Virus record (IMG/VR): IMGVR_UViG_3300050343_000218
DNA from: a virus
DNA: 64,000 nucleotides
Strand: one strand, 5' to 3'
In this document: piece after piece, positions 56,352 through 64,000 of the stretch
How positions within the stretch are numbered: the stretch's first letter is position 1
Layout: the number at the start of each line of letters is the position of its first letter
Made by a program: the position numbers and the translations under genes
The notes under the pieces: model-generated
The model's database searches: none
Told to the model about the DNA's origin: nothing
Seen by the model: only the letters and a program-made list of their open reading frames with translations

Positions 56352-57328
56352 TCTGTTAGTTTTACTTGGGCTTGGAGTCCGTTAAATGTATTAGATTCTA
56401 CCACGGATTGAACTTCAATGCCAGCGTTAACCATATCATTGAGATCTTTCTGTAGTATTGATTTTGGCCAGATGACTACTGGATTTCCTTTGAGGATGGT
56501 TGCTGCAATCTTATCAACAATCTGTTTACTTCGGGGTTCGTTGTCGAAGGCGTATACAAATTGATAATTAAAAGAGCTGAGGTCAACATCGCTACCACAC
56601 ATAGCGATAGCATTTCTAAGGAAATGACTGTCGAATGGTCCTTCTGTGACGTATACTGTTTCTGTTTTGTCAATGTCGCTTAGTCCATATACTTTAGGTA
56701 CATCATCTTCAAGCATTACGGTAACGTACCGCAGCTTATCATTAGGGTTTAGGGAGCGCCCCTGATACCCAAACAGGTTACCGTCTTCATCCTCCAAAGG
56801 AATAACAATTCGAGATTCCTCACTGTCTATACGATCATAAGTTTGCTTCAAAGAGTTAGTCCACTCTTTGAACTTTTCTGCGTAATAGAACTTTGACAGT
56901 GTTTCTTCTGGCAATCCTCGTTTTGTTAAATACGTCCTTGCGGGGTGAAGATTATTTAGGTCCGAGACTAGTGGAAGTTTGATTCTTTTTTTGTTTTTAA
57001 AGACAGGTTTTTTAAAAACACTAGTGTCAATAACCCTTCTCTTTTTGGTACCAGTATTTCTCTTGAATTTCTCAAGATTATACTCTTCCCATAACTGGGT
57101 GTCCTGATCTTTCAGGAAATTATGAAAGGCTTTAGAAGTTCCACAGTTGTGGCATTTGTATACCAAACCTGTCTTAGTAGTGAAAAGGTATCCTCTCTTC
57201 TTGGAACTCCGACGCTCGGAGTCTCCGCAGTAAGGGCACCTAAAATTGTAGAGACCAGACTTCTTGGTACTAAATCCCTGCAGTCTGGAAGCTAGTAGAT
57301 TTACGTACTGCAAATCTAGATGATTCAT
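56336..57328 (-). CDS. gp61: DNA primase gp61
   Basis: RCPYCGDS..CHNC Zn finger; VTEGPFDS; DNEPR; KDLND. Confidence 0.96.
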   Translation of the reverse strand: MNHLDLQYVNLLASRLQGFSTKKSGLYNFRCPYCGDSERRSSKKRGYLFTTKTGLVYKCHNCGTSKAFHNFLKDQDTQLWEEYNLEKFKRNTGTKKRRVIDTSVFKKPVFKNKKRIKLPLVSDLNNLHPARTYLTKRGLPEETLSKFYYAEKFKEWTNSLKQTYDRIDSEESRIVIPLEDEDGNLFGYQGRSLNPNDKLRYVTVMLEDDVPKVYGLSDIDKTETVYVTEGPFDSHFLRNAIAMCGSDVDLSSFNYQFVYAFDNEPRSKQIVDKIAATILKGNPVVIWPKSILQKDLNDMVNAGIEVQSVVESNTFNGLQAQVKLTEWKRV

Positions 57329-57716
57329 CAGGTACAGGAGCAGTCGGTCCTCCGATTATAGCAGAAGGCTTCACCTCAAACAAGGGGGTGATGGTGTTTT
57401 GTATAAAAGGTGTGACAAAGAACACAAGAACTGCGACAGCACCTGTTGCTATGTACATCTTCTTCTCCATCTCATCAATCTTTTTCTTGACCAGCATAAT
57501 ATCACGCTCGCAACCTTTCTTGATCTCGTCAGTTTTCACCTCAAGATCTTTGTGAAGGTTATCGATTTTGAGAAACAAAACGTCATCAATTTTTTCTTGT
57601 TGCGCAAGTTTCTCTTGATGCACTGCCAGTAATTGTCCCATTTTTATAGAATTATCTTGTAAAGATGTTACAACATCTTCTAAACGGTCAAGGATTGCAA
57701 CGCTAACTGAATCCAT
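57270..57716 (-). CDS. Coiled-coil plus transmembrane hypothetical protein
   Basis: ORF track. Confidence 0.7.
   Translation of the reverse strand: MDSVSVAILDRLEDVVTSLQDNSIKMGQLLAVHQEKLAQQEKIDDVLFLKIDNLHKDLEVKTDEIKKGCERDIMLVKKKIDEMEKKMYIATGAVAVLVFFVTPFIQNTITPLFEVKPSAIIGGPTAPVPDESSRFAVRKSTSFQTAGI
57355..57363 (-). promoter_or_regulatory. Extended -10 promoter TGCTATAAT for primase-nrdA-nrdB
   Basis: Lies inside the upstream CDS, 27 nt before the primase ATG. Confidence 0.55.
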
Positions 57717-57736
57717 AGCTCTACTATTCGTATATC

Positions 57737-58402
57737 TTAGTTTTGTCGGACGGCAAAATCAATAGCTGCAAGATATGTTTCAGGAGATTGGTTCAGCATT
57801 TGCTGAAATCTAATTTGATTAGCGGGATCCAATGCCTGATGAACAGCAACTGCACGCTTAGCAGAATACTGATCCATCTTAATAGAATTATCACCAACTC
57901 GAACGTCAGCAAATCCTTGGGTGTCTCCAATTTCGCCAGCAGCAAGTTGAGTTGCTGTTGCTAGTACATCATTTTCCATAACAAATTCTTCTTTTTTAAA
58001 CTTCTTAGTTTGATCGGATGCTTTCTTTTTAAAGTCAGAAAGACGTGCCTTCATCAGGGTGTCCATCTCTTTGGTTTTAGATTGCATCTTGCTCTTAGCT
58101 TCGTCTCTCTTCTTTTGGAGATCCTTAGCACGACCAAGTTTCTTGCCTTGCTGAATTTGCTTTTGAGCTCTTTCAGTTTCGCTAGAAGCTTCAGTAATTT
58201 TCTTCAGTTCTTCAGACATTTTTCCTTTTCGATTTAGTAAAACGCGAGAGACGAGTTTACGACCTGCTTTAGTACGCCCATCATAGCGAGCGTTATTCTT
58301 TTTGTATTTAGTACGTGAACGTTTTCCAACAATGACGTGAGCAGGAGGCAATGCAACTCTACTGCCGTCACCAGCTGAATTTACGGGAGCATCCTCGTTC
58401 AT
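57737..58402 (-). CDS. Basic, probably structural hypothetical protein
   Basis: MNEDAP..YDGRTKAGRK; Lys/Glu-rich. Confidence 0.7.
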   Translation of the reverse strand: MNEDAPVNSAGDGSRVALPPAHVIVGKRSRTKYKKNNARYDGRTKAGRKLVSRVLLNRKGKMSEELKKITEASSETERAQKQIQQGKKLGRAKDLQKKRDEAKSKMQSKTKEMDTLMKARLSDFKKKASDQTKKFKKEEFVMENDVLATATQLAAGEIGDTQGFADVRVGDNSIKMDQYSAKRAVAVHQALDPANQIRFQQMLNQSPETYLAAIDFAVRQN

Positions 58403-58758
58403 AGTTGATCCAATTCCTCTAAAGTATATGTATCAATATAAGGATCGTCTAATTCTGCAGGCAATTGATTTATGTACTTAAGAAAAGACTTTAGTATTTG
58501 CCAATTAGACTTGTCTATCTTATGGAATAGCATAAGAGTAGAAGCTTCACCAAAAATATTGTAGATAACAATAATATGATTAAGAATGAGATGAACCTTT
58601 AGTTCACCTGTCTTCTCATAACGTTTAAACAATCTCTTGATATATTTAAAACGTTTTAAATCCTCAAGGAAGTCCTCGTAAGTTATTCCTTGAGGATTGT
58701 TGTAGTTTTTTGAGGCAAAGAGAAGAAAGTTTTCATCATTTAAATAGTCAAATCTCAT
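58399..58758 (-). CDS. Conserved T4-like hypothetical protein
   Basis: YNNPQG..EF.EDLKRFKYIKRL..HLILNHII. Confidence 0.8.
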   Translation of the reverse strand: MRFDYLNDENFLLFASKNYNNPQGITYEDFLEDLKRFKYIKRLFKRYEKTGELKVHLILNHIIVIYNIFGEASTLMLFHKIDKSNWQILKSFLKYINQLPAELDDPYIDTYTLEELDQL

Positions 58759-58768
58759 TCTCTAACCA

Positions 58769-59347
58769 TTACGCAGTGGTGATAGCAGCTGTGTCAGAAA
58801 CCAATTCAGGAGCACCGTTAGTAGAGTTAATCTTCACACGGTATGTGCCAGCATTGGTTGCTGCATAGGTTCCAACAGTATACGTTGCAGCAGTTGCACC
58901 AGCAACGTTAGCGAAACGATTGCCAGACTTCTTCTGCCACTGATAGGTGAGGAGTGAAGCATCACCAGGAGGTGTACCAGTAGCGGTGACTGCGAGAGAC
59001 ATAGCAGCGCCCACAGCTACAGCAGCGTCAGCAGGTTGTGAACTGATAGCAATTGCTGCAGCAACGTCAGCAGCGATTGAATCATCTGCCTGAGTCTCCG
59101 AAGCGTTAGCCTCAGGGTCTTGGATATTCACCAAGCACTCTGACTTGTGACGTGTGTTTCCAGCAGCGTCTGTATAAGTCTGATACGACCACCAACCAGG
59201 AGAAACCAAACCGCGATTACGATTAGCGGCAAGTGCTGCTTCAGTGGCATCGATAAACACAACAGTAGCACCACTAGTATCAGCAACCAGAGTTGCTTCT
59301 ACCGCAGTTTTTGCTGCATTGCTGTCTTCAGCTTTGTAGAGGGACAT
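58769..59347 (-). CDS. Virion structural protein with C-terminal Ig-like domain
   Basis: PGWWSYQTY..RHKSECLV; ISSQP..TYQWQ..Y.V Ig motif; TATAAATA at 59369-59376. Confidence 0.75.
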   Translation of the reverse strand: MSLYKAEDSNAAKTAVEATLVADTSGATVVFIDATEAALAANRNRGLVSPGWWSYQTYTDAAGNTRHKSECLVNIQDPEANASETQADDSIAADVAAAIAISSQPADAAVAVGAAMSLAVTATGTPPGDASLLTYQWQKKSGNRFANVAGATAATYTVGTYAATNAGTYRVKINSTNGAPELVSDTAAITTA

Positions 59348-59378
59348 CGTACTAAATCTGTTTAAAAGTATTTATAAA

Positions 59379-59969
59379 TCAGGATGATGGTGGAAGACCA
59401 TTAATGGTTTCACGGGTCACGGAGAATTCTTCCTTACCCTTCTCATCAGGGACTCCTAAAAGAATACCTCTAGTTTTGTGAGTCTGTTTCCTGAGACCTT
59501 GTGCGTGCTGTTCGCGCAGCAGTGCGTTCTGAGTATCAATCTCAGCAGCAGTCATATGTTCGATCCACTCACCTGTGTTAACAAGTGCCTTAGCTTGTGC
59601 TGGAACGATGCAATCCTGAGGGTTATCGACAACGAATTTGACATCCATATCGCCAGTGAATCCACTGCCGTTTCCTGCCATAGCCATCTCGACATCCATC
59701 AAGACTCCTTTAGAAGACATAACCACACGGAAAGATGCACCGTTATGATTGATGTCATCACCATTGGCGTCTACTAATTGAACTCTAACATTAGCACCTT
59801 TCTTGTATCTACCTTTTTCGTAGACACGAACTGTGTCAATGGTTCCTAGAATGTCAGGATTGCCCTGAAAGTATTTGATGGTACCGTCGGCTTGAGGAAG
59901 AGCAGTGATAATACCCTGCTCCTCTCTCTCAACGAATTGCGGTTTCCAATTGTTTGCGTCAACGCCCAT
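59379..59969 (-). CDS. Late hypothetical protein
   Basis: TATAAATA at 59999-60006. Confidence 0.7.
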   Translation of the reverse strand: MGVDANNWKPQFVEREEQGIITALPQADGTIKYFQGNPDILGTIDTVRVYEKGRYKKGANVRVQLVDANGDDINHNGASFRVVMSSKGVLMDVEMAMAGNGSGFTGDMDVKFVVDNPQDCIVPAQAKALVNTGEWIEHMTAAEIDTQNALLREQHAQGLRKQTHKTRGILLGVPDEKGKEEFSVTRETINGLPPSS

Positions 59970-60018
59970 TGGTTTTGATAAAAACTACAGTCTTGAGTTA
60001 TTTATAAAAAGTATAGAA

Positions 60019-60219
60019 CTACTCTTCGCGAGCAGCAATTGCTTTCGTGACAACCTCAAGAAGTTGGTCATCCATCTCAGTCTTGGTCAACTTAACTGCC
60101 TTAGAAAGAATAACAAGACAGATCTCAACCATTTTCTCACCGAGTTCTTCATTCTCAGGAATGTTTGAAACGGCATCTTTGATAATTTTCGATGCTAGTG
60201 GGAGTAGGAATGCAAGCAT
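60019..60219 (-). CDS. Conserved small hypothetical protein
   Basis: ORF track. Confidence 0.7.
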   Translation of the reverse strand: MLAFLLPLASKIIKDAVSNIPENEELGEKMVEICLVILSKAVKLTKTEMDDQLLEVVTKAIAAREE

Positions 60220-60242
60220 TTTAATAAAGTTATAAGGCTCTA

Positions 60243-60731
60243 TTATTTAGACTTCTTTTTGCCCATTGCCTTAGCAATTGCAGAACGTCTGTTCTTCAAA
60301 TACTTGTCAGACTTATCCACGTCGCCATCATTGTCAACGTCAGAGTCTTCTTTACCTACGGGATCAAGCTTCTTCTCTTTGATCTCTTCACCAGTGGGTT
60401 CAAATCCTGCTTTGACACAGTTGTTGACTTCCTTACCACCTTTCTTTTTGGTGCCCTTCTTCTTATAACCTTTCCAGCAAGAGGTGTTGCCGTTGTCATC
60501 AACGCCGTCCATCTTGACTTCGACAAGATCATACTCCTCGCCGTCAATCTCAAGAGAGTACTCGCTACCAACACTTTCCTTCTTGACTTTCTTCTTCTTT
60601 AGTTTTACTTCTTTAGGATCATCGGAGTCTGCCTTGATTTCAGGCATCACTTCGATTTCTGATGTCTCTTCAAAGTGCTGAACGTTCCAGTGCTCAAGCG
60701 CTTCTTCAAGGAATTTCTTGAAAGGCTTCAT
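60243..60731 (-). CDS. Probable head-internal / prohead core-associated protein
   Basis: MKPFKKFLEE N-terminus; CWKGY; D.D.DNDGDVDKSD; TATAAATA at 60751-60758. Confidence 0.6.
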   Translation of the reverse strand: MKPFKKFLEEALEHWNVQHFEETSEIEVMPEIKADSDDPKEVKLKKKKVKKESVGSEYSLEIDGEEYDLVEVKMDGVDDNGNTSCWKGYKKKGTKKKGGKEVNNCVKAGFEPTGEEIKEKKLDPVGKEDSDVDNDGDVDKSDKYLKNRRSAIAKAMGKKKSK

Positions 60732-60753
60732 CTTACTAAGTAATTTTAATTAT

Positions 60754-60987
60754 TTATAAAACAGAATGTTCTCTTAGATCCTTGACCCAGGATCTAAATA
60801 TTTTATTGTTCTCACCCAGTGCAATAACATAGTTTGGACCACGACGGATCACTTTACCCGTCTTACCATTAGAAATGTGCTGAACCCAATCTCCTTCGGA
60901 GAATATAAGGTCTTTTCTGTAGTCCTCCTGAACGTCTTTTTCAAATCTTTCGGTGATAGATTTTCTAAATTGACGAAAAGATTTCAT
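60754..60987 (-). CDS. Small SH3-like protein
   Basis: GDWV..GKTGKVIRRGPNYVI..FRSWVKDL; start trimmed to MKSFRQF. Confidence 0.65.
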   Translation of the reverse strand: MKSFRQFRKSITERFEKDVQEDYRKDLIFSEGDWVQHISNGKTGKVIRRGPNYVIALGENNKIFRSWVKDLREHSVL

Positions 60988-60988
60988 A

Positions 60989-61561
60989 CTAGCAGTTCCA
61001 CTTTCTAAGAGATTTTGACAAACGGTCATCACCCGTGTTGTTGGATGATTTCTGTCTCTTTCTCATACCTTTCATTCTAGCACAGAAGGATGCCCTACGG
61101 GGATTTCCAACCTTTTTTGATGGTGCCTTAAGGTCTGATCCAGGATTTTCTCTCTCGTAAGACTTGCGTCCTTTTTCGTTGAGTCCTCCTTCTTTGTTCT
61201 TACCTGACTTCTTTGTCCAGGCAGCTCCTTCATCCAGTCCCAGTTCCCTTCGCTTTTCAGCAAGATCGGGGTGAGGGGCGTACAAAGGTCCTTCATAATT
61301 TCCAGCGAATTTTGTTTTTGGTTCTCCATCTACAGTCGATTGTTCGGACACTATACCAGCGTCAACTGCAGCAGCTTCTTTCTCTGAGTCGGAAGCGTCT
61401 GTTACGGAATACTTGTCCCATCCTGCTGAACCGTATCCACACACAGATCGCTTCTCACGCTTACCGCAAAGGCGACAATATCTTTCCTCGTTTTTGCCGC
61501 CTTTACCACAGCTCTCAAGTACAGCTTCAGTGAGCGTTTTAAATTCGTTTAAACTTTTCAT
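60989..61561 (-). CDS. Hypothetical protein (CxxC..C ribbon plus DUF6321-like C-terminus)
   Basis: GGLNEKGRKSYERENPGSDLKAP..RRASFCARM..SLRKWNC. Confidence 0.7.
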   Translation of the reverse strand: MKSLNEFKTLTEAVLESCGKGGKNEERYCRLCGKREKRSVCGYGSAGWDKYSVTDASDSEKEAAAVDAGIVSEQSTVDGEPKTKFAGNYEGPLYAPHPDLAEKRRELGLDEGAAWTKKSGKNKEGGLNEKGRKSYERENPGSDLKAPSKKVGNPRRASFCARMKGMRKRQKSSNNTGDDRLSKSLRKWNC

Positions 61562-62127
61562 TTAAAGTTTGATGGTAAGGCGTCAGCAATTTCTTTCATT
61601 AACTTTTGGCATTCAGTGTCACTAAGGGCACGAGGAATACCTTCTCGAAAGGTTGCAAAGTCACCAGCAAATGCTGCTCTTCGCATTTTAGTACCAGAGA
61701 TGGCAAACGTATCTCCGTCTGCATCACGGTTACCTGAGGAAACCACATCGAGTTTACGGAAGAAATATTCCTTCCCGTTATATTTATGTATGAATTTGAA
61801 AGCATCTACTCTATCCGACCCAACCACAAGAGTAGCATCATCATATCCAGCTGCTTGAATTTCTTGCAAGCACTCAATCACATCTTTCTTAGCACCTGTA
61901 ATGTTACTGGCATATAACCTGAACATTTTTTTCATCCACGATACTTTATTTTCTGGGCGTAATGGATTTTTACCTTTGCTATCGTGAGAACGAGAAGTAT
62001 AAATCCTCCAATCGCAGCTGCCAGCAGCATTTTTAACTCCTTTGATATTTTCTTCGTGACCTGTAGTGGGTGGTTGAAACCTACCGAAGGTAAAGTAACA
62101 ACACTTGTAAATATGATCTACCGCCAT
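61558..62127 (-). CDS. Cytidyltransferase-like nucleotidyltransferase
   Basis: FTFGRFQPPTTGH; VVGSDR; SGTKMR. Confidence 0.88.
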   Translation of the reverse strand: MAVDHIYKCCYFTFGRFQPPTTGHEENIKGVKNAAGSCDWRIYTSRSHDSKGKNPLRPENKVSWMKKMFRLYASNITGAKKDVIECLQEIQAAGYDDATLVVGSDRVDAFKFIHKYNGKEYFFRKLDVVSSGNRDADGDTFAISGTKMRRAAFAGDFATFREGIPRALSDTECQKLMKEIADALPSNFK

Positions 62128-63323
62128 TGCTTTTGTATAGTGAAGTTATTGTATGCAAACTCAATTCGATTGACCAACTTAATCATATCACCATTCTGAT
62201 GTAGAACATATCCTTCAGGGGTAGTGACCTTATAACCGTTGTCAGTCTGAACGAATGTTCTGAATTGTTCTAGGTGATCTAGTTTATCTATAACAAATTT
62301 CTTTGCTATCTGCATCTCTTTGTAGAGTGCCAGCATAGCTTTAAACTTTCTTTCGTTGTGATCAAGGAACTGTTCACTCTCATATACAAGCTGACGTTTC
62401 TTAGTTAGGTTTGCTTGCGTCTTAATCTTAGCCAACTCTTTCTTTGTCTTCTCGTGATAAAAAATAATCAAATTATCAAGTGCTCTTCTGACATTTTGAA
62501 CCTCTCTACCTTCACGAATCTCATTATTAAAATACTGCTTTAAGTAAGAAGCAACGTGAAATTTTTTATCTCCTGTAGTGCCTATATTAGAAACCACAAG
62601 GTTTAAAAAATCTCCACATAAATCACACATCTTCTCAATTTTTTTAATGTGATTATGAAATTTAACAATCTCGTTACTACTTAAGGTAACACTGTTGATA
62701 GGAGTATCATTAGAAATAACTAGTACCTCTGGCACCTTTACAAAGGTATTGATAGGAGCACCAGCACGAGCTTGCATTGACTGGAAGTCATCACCAGTAT
62801 AGTGAGTATGAAAAACTACACCGATCTTCGATACCTTTGCTGCTCTACCAATAGGATGATCTATTGGAATGCCATAAGTGATAGTGTTAGGTCTAAAGGT
62901 ATAAAGTTTCTCTCCATCTACAGTCTCTGTATCAAGTGTGCTGCTGGTGTATAACAAGTCACCTTGTACAATACCAGGGATATTAAGCTTACTAAAATAT
63001 GCCAGTGAGAACTTAAGTTTCTCTGCCAGGTCACCCTCGTAATACATATCCACATCTATATCGCTGTAACAAGCTTTAGGTGTCTTGGCAAATACAGACT
63101 TAGTACCCACGAAAAACATACCATTTTGAGGATTCTTTCCGCAGATGATAGAGGGAGCGCCATCCCATTTGGTCTGCATAAATCCATCCGACTTAGACTT
63201 TTTACCCAGCATTGCTAACAGTTCTTCAAGAAATGATACTGCTGCCATACATCCATCGACGCCGTAGTTCAGCATCTCATCTTCAAGATGCTCCAGGTGC
63301 TTAAGCTGTTTTACATTTGCCAT
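62118..63323 (-). CDS. Conserved T4-like protein (DUF6267-like)
   Basis: HLEHLED; KWDGAP; QGDL; PEGYV; KLVNR.EF..NF. Confidence 0.8.
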   Translation of the reverse strand: MANVKQLKHLEHLEDEMLNYGVDGCMAAVSFLEELLAMLGKKSKSDGFMQTKWDGAPSIICGKNPQNGMFFVGTKSVFAKTPKACYSDIDVDMYYEGDLAEKLKFSLAYFSKLNIPGIVQGDLLYTSSTLDTETVDGEKLYTFRPNTITYGIPIDHPIGRAAKVSKIGVVFHTHYTGDDFQSMQARAGAPINTFVKVPEVLVISNDTPINSVTLSSNEIVKFHNHIKKIEKMCDLCGDFLNLVVSNIGTTGDKKFHVASYLKQYFNNEIREGREVQNVRRALDNLIIFYHEKTKKELAKIKTQANLTKKRQLVYESEQFLDHNERKFKAMLALYKEMQIAKKFVIDKLDHLEQFRTFVQTDNGYKVTTPEGYVLHQNGDMIKLVNRIEFAYNNFTIQKQWR

Positions 63324-64000
63324 TAGTCGTCGTAACCTTCGTCTGATGTACTGAACAATAGTTCATCTTTAAACTTATACGCTGACTGCAATTTGTCTGG
63401 CCAAGGTAAACTGCTACCAGATGTATCACGAATATTAAATTTCAACTCCATAACTGGTGTCTTCACTGTAATATCAACACGTTGACCAGTACCAGTTTTA
63501 CCTCCATAATGAACTATGACAGATGTAATGTTAGTTGCATCATCACATTTCTGTTTAGTCATAGGAAAGCTTTTTATCTTTCCACCAGTCTGCAAATGAG
63601 TATAGTGGTATCCATACCCTATAGATCCTCGGATCATACTTTGCAGTAGTCCTCTATTATACGTAGGGTTTGTAACGTTACCGCCACTGACTACTTCACC
63701 CGCAAGAGCTTCTTGAAATATCTTACAAAGTCTTTGATTATCTATACCAAACGTTTCAAGAACTTTCAATCCAACTTGATTGGTAATTTTTCCCACAGAC
63801 AATTCACTCTGAGGAAATATTTTTTTCATACCTAAGTTGGACATCGTTGTTGTCCCACCTTTCTTTAGAGAAAGATAAATTTCCTGATCCGCTTTCCCTT
63901 TACATTTAGTTTTCAAGGTCAAGTCAGTGACAATAGAACCAATGTCATAATTGGTTGCTGTAGCATCACCAACTTTCCAACTAGTACCAGAAAATACTAA
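63323..64000 (-). CDS. Hypothetical PD-(D/E)XK-like protein, 5' end beyond the right edge
   Basis: Frame is open to 64000 (LVFSGTSWKVG...IVTDLTL..EIYLSLKKG). Confidence 0.55.
   Translation of the reverse strand, partial: LVFSGTSWKVGDATATNYDIGSIVTDLTLKTKCKGKADQEIYLSLKKGGTTTMSNLGMKKIFPQSELSVGKITNQVGLKVLETFGIDNQRLCKIFQEALAGEVVSGGNVTNPTYNRGLLQSMIRGSIGYGYHYTHLQTGGKIKSFPMTKQKCDDATNITSVIVHYGGKTGTGQRVDITVKTPVMELKFNIRDTSGSSLPWPDKLQSAYKFKDELLFSTSDEGYDD

Noticed and set aside
742-62199. Numerous plus-strand and alternate-frame ORFs in the track (e.g. 7032-7505, 22515-23009, 29711-30364, 40738-41184, 54822-55382)
   Set aside because: They are shadows of well-supported genes, lack motifs and start signals, and are explained by codon bias of the real frame.
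63920-63922. TTG start given by the ORF track
   Set aside because: The frame stays open to the window edge, so the true start is upstream.

Overview
This window is a 64-kb segment of a T4-like cyanophage genome (marine myovirus). The host is probably Synechococcus, inferred from psbA plus psbD, cpeT, talC and cp12. Almost all genes lie on the minus strand. From left to right it holds: tail-collar and fibre genes; small redoxins; tRNA-Asn; a ParB-like orphan gene; the baseplate/tail module (split gp5, gp27-like, tape-measure/M23 peptidase, gp51, gp26, gp54-like, and on the plus strand gp4, gp2, gp48, gp53); gp32 with tRNA-Asp and tRNA-Tyr; gp33; an exonuclease; phoH; thyX; a glutamine-riboswitch/DUF4278 locus; psbD and psbA with a PhotoRC-II leader; a carbamoyltransferase; hli genes; cpeT; talC; seven 2OG-Fe(II) oxygenases in total; tRNA-Arg; nrdB and nrdA; primase; and a late cluster of probable head-internal proteins. 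The most striking observation is at 37748-37977. There, a tandem glutamine-riboswitch-like leader has a complete 55-codon ORF looped out of the second aptamer's P2 helix, and the ORF's start codon base-pairs with its own last codons. All family assignments come from motif recognition by eye; no searches were run.
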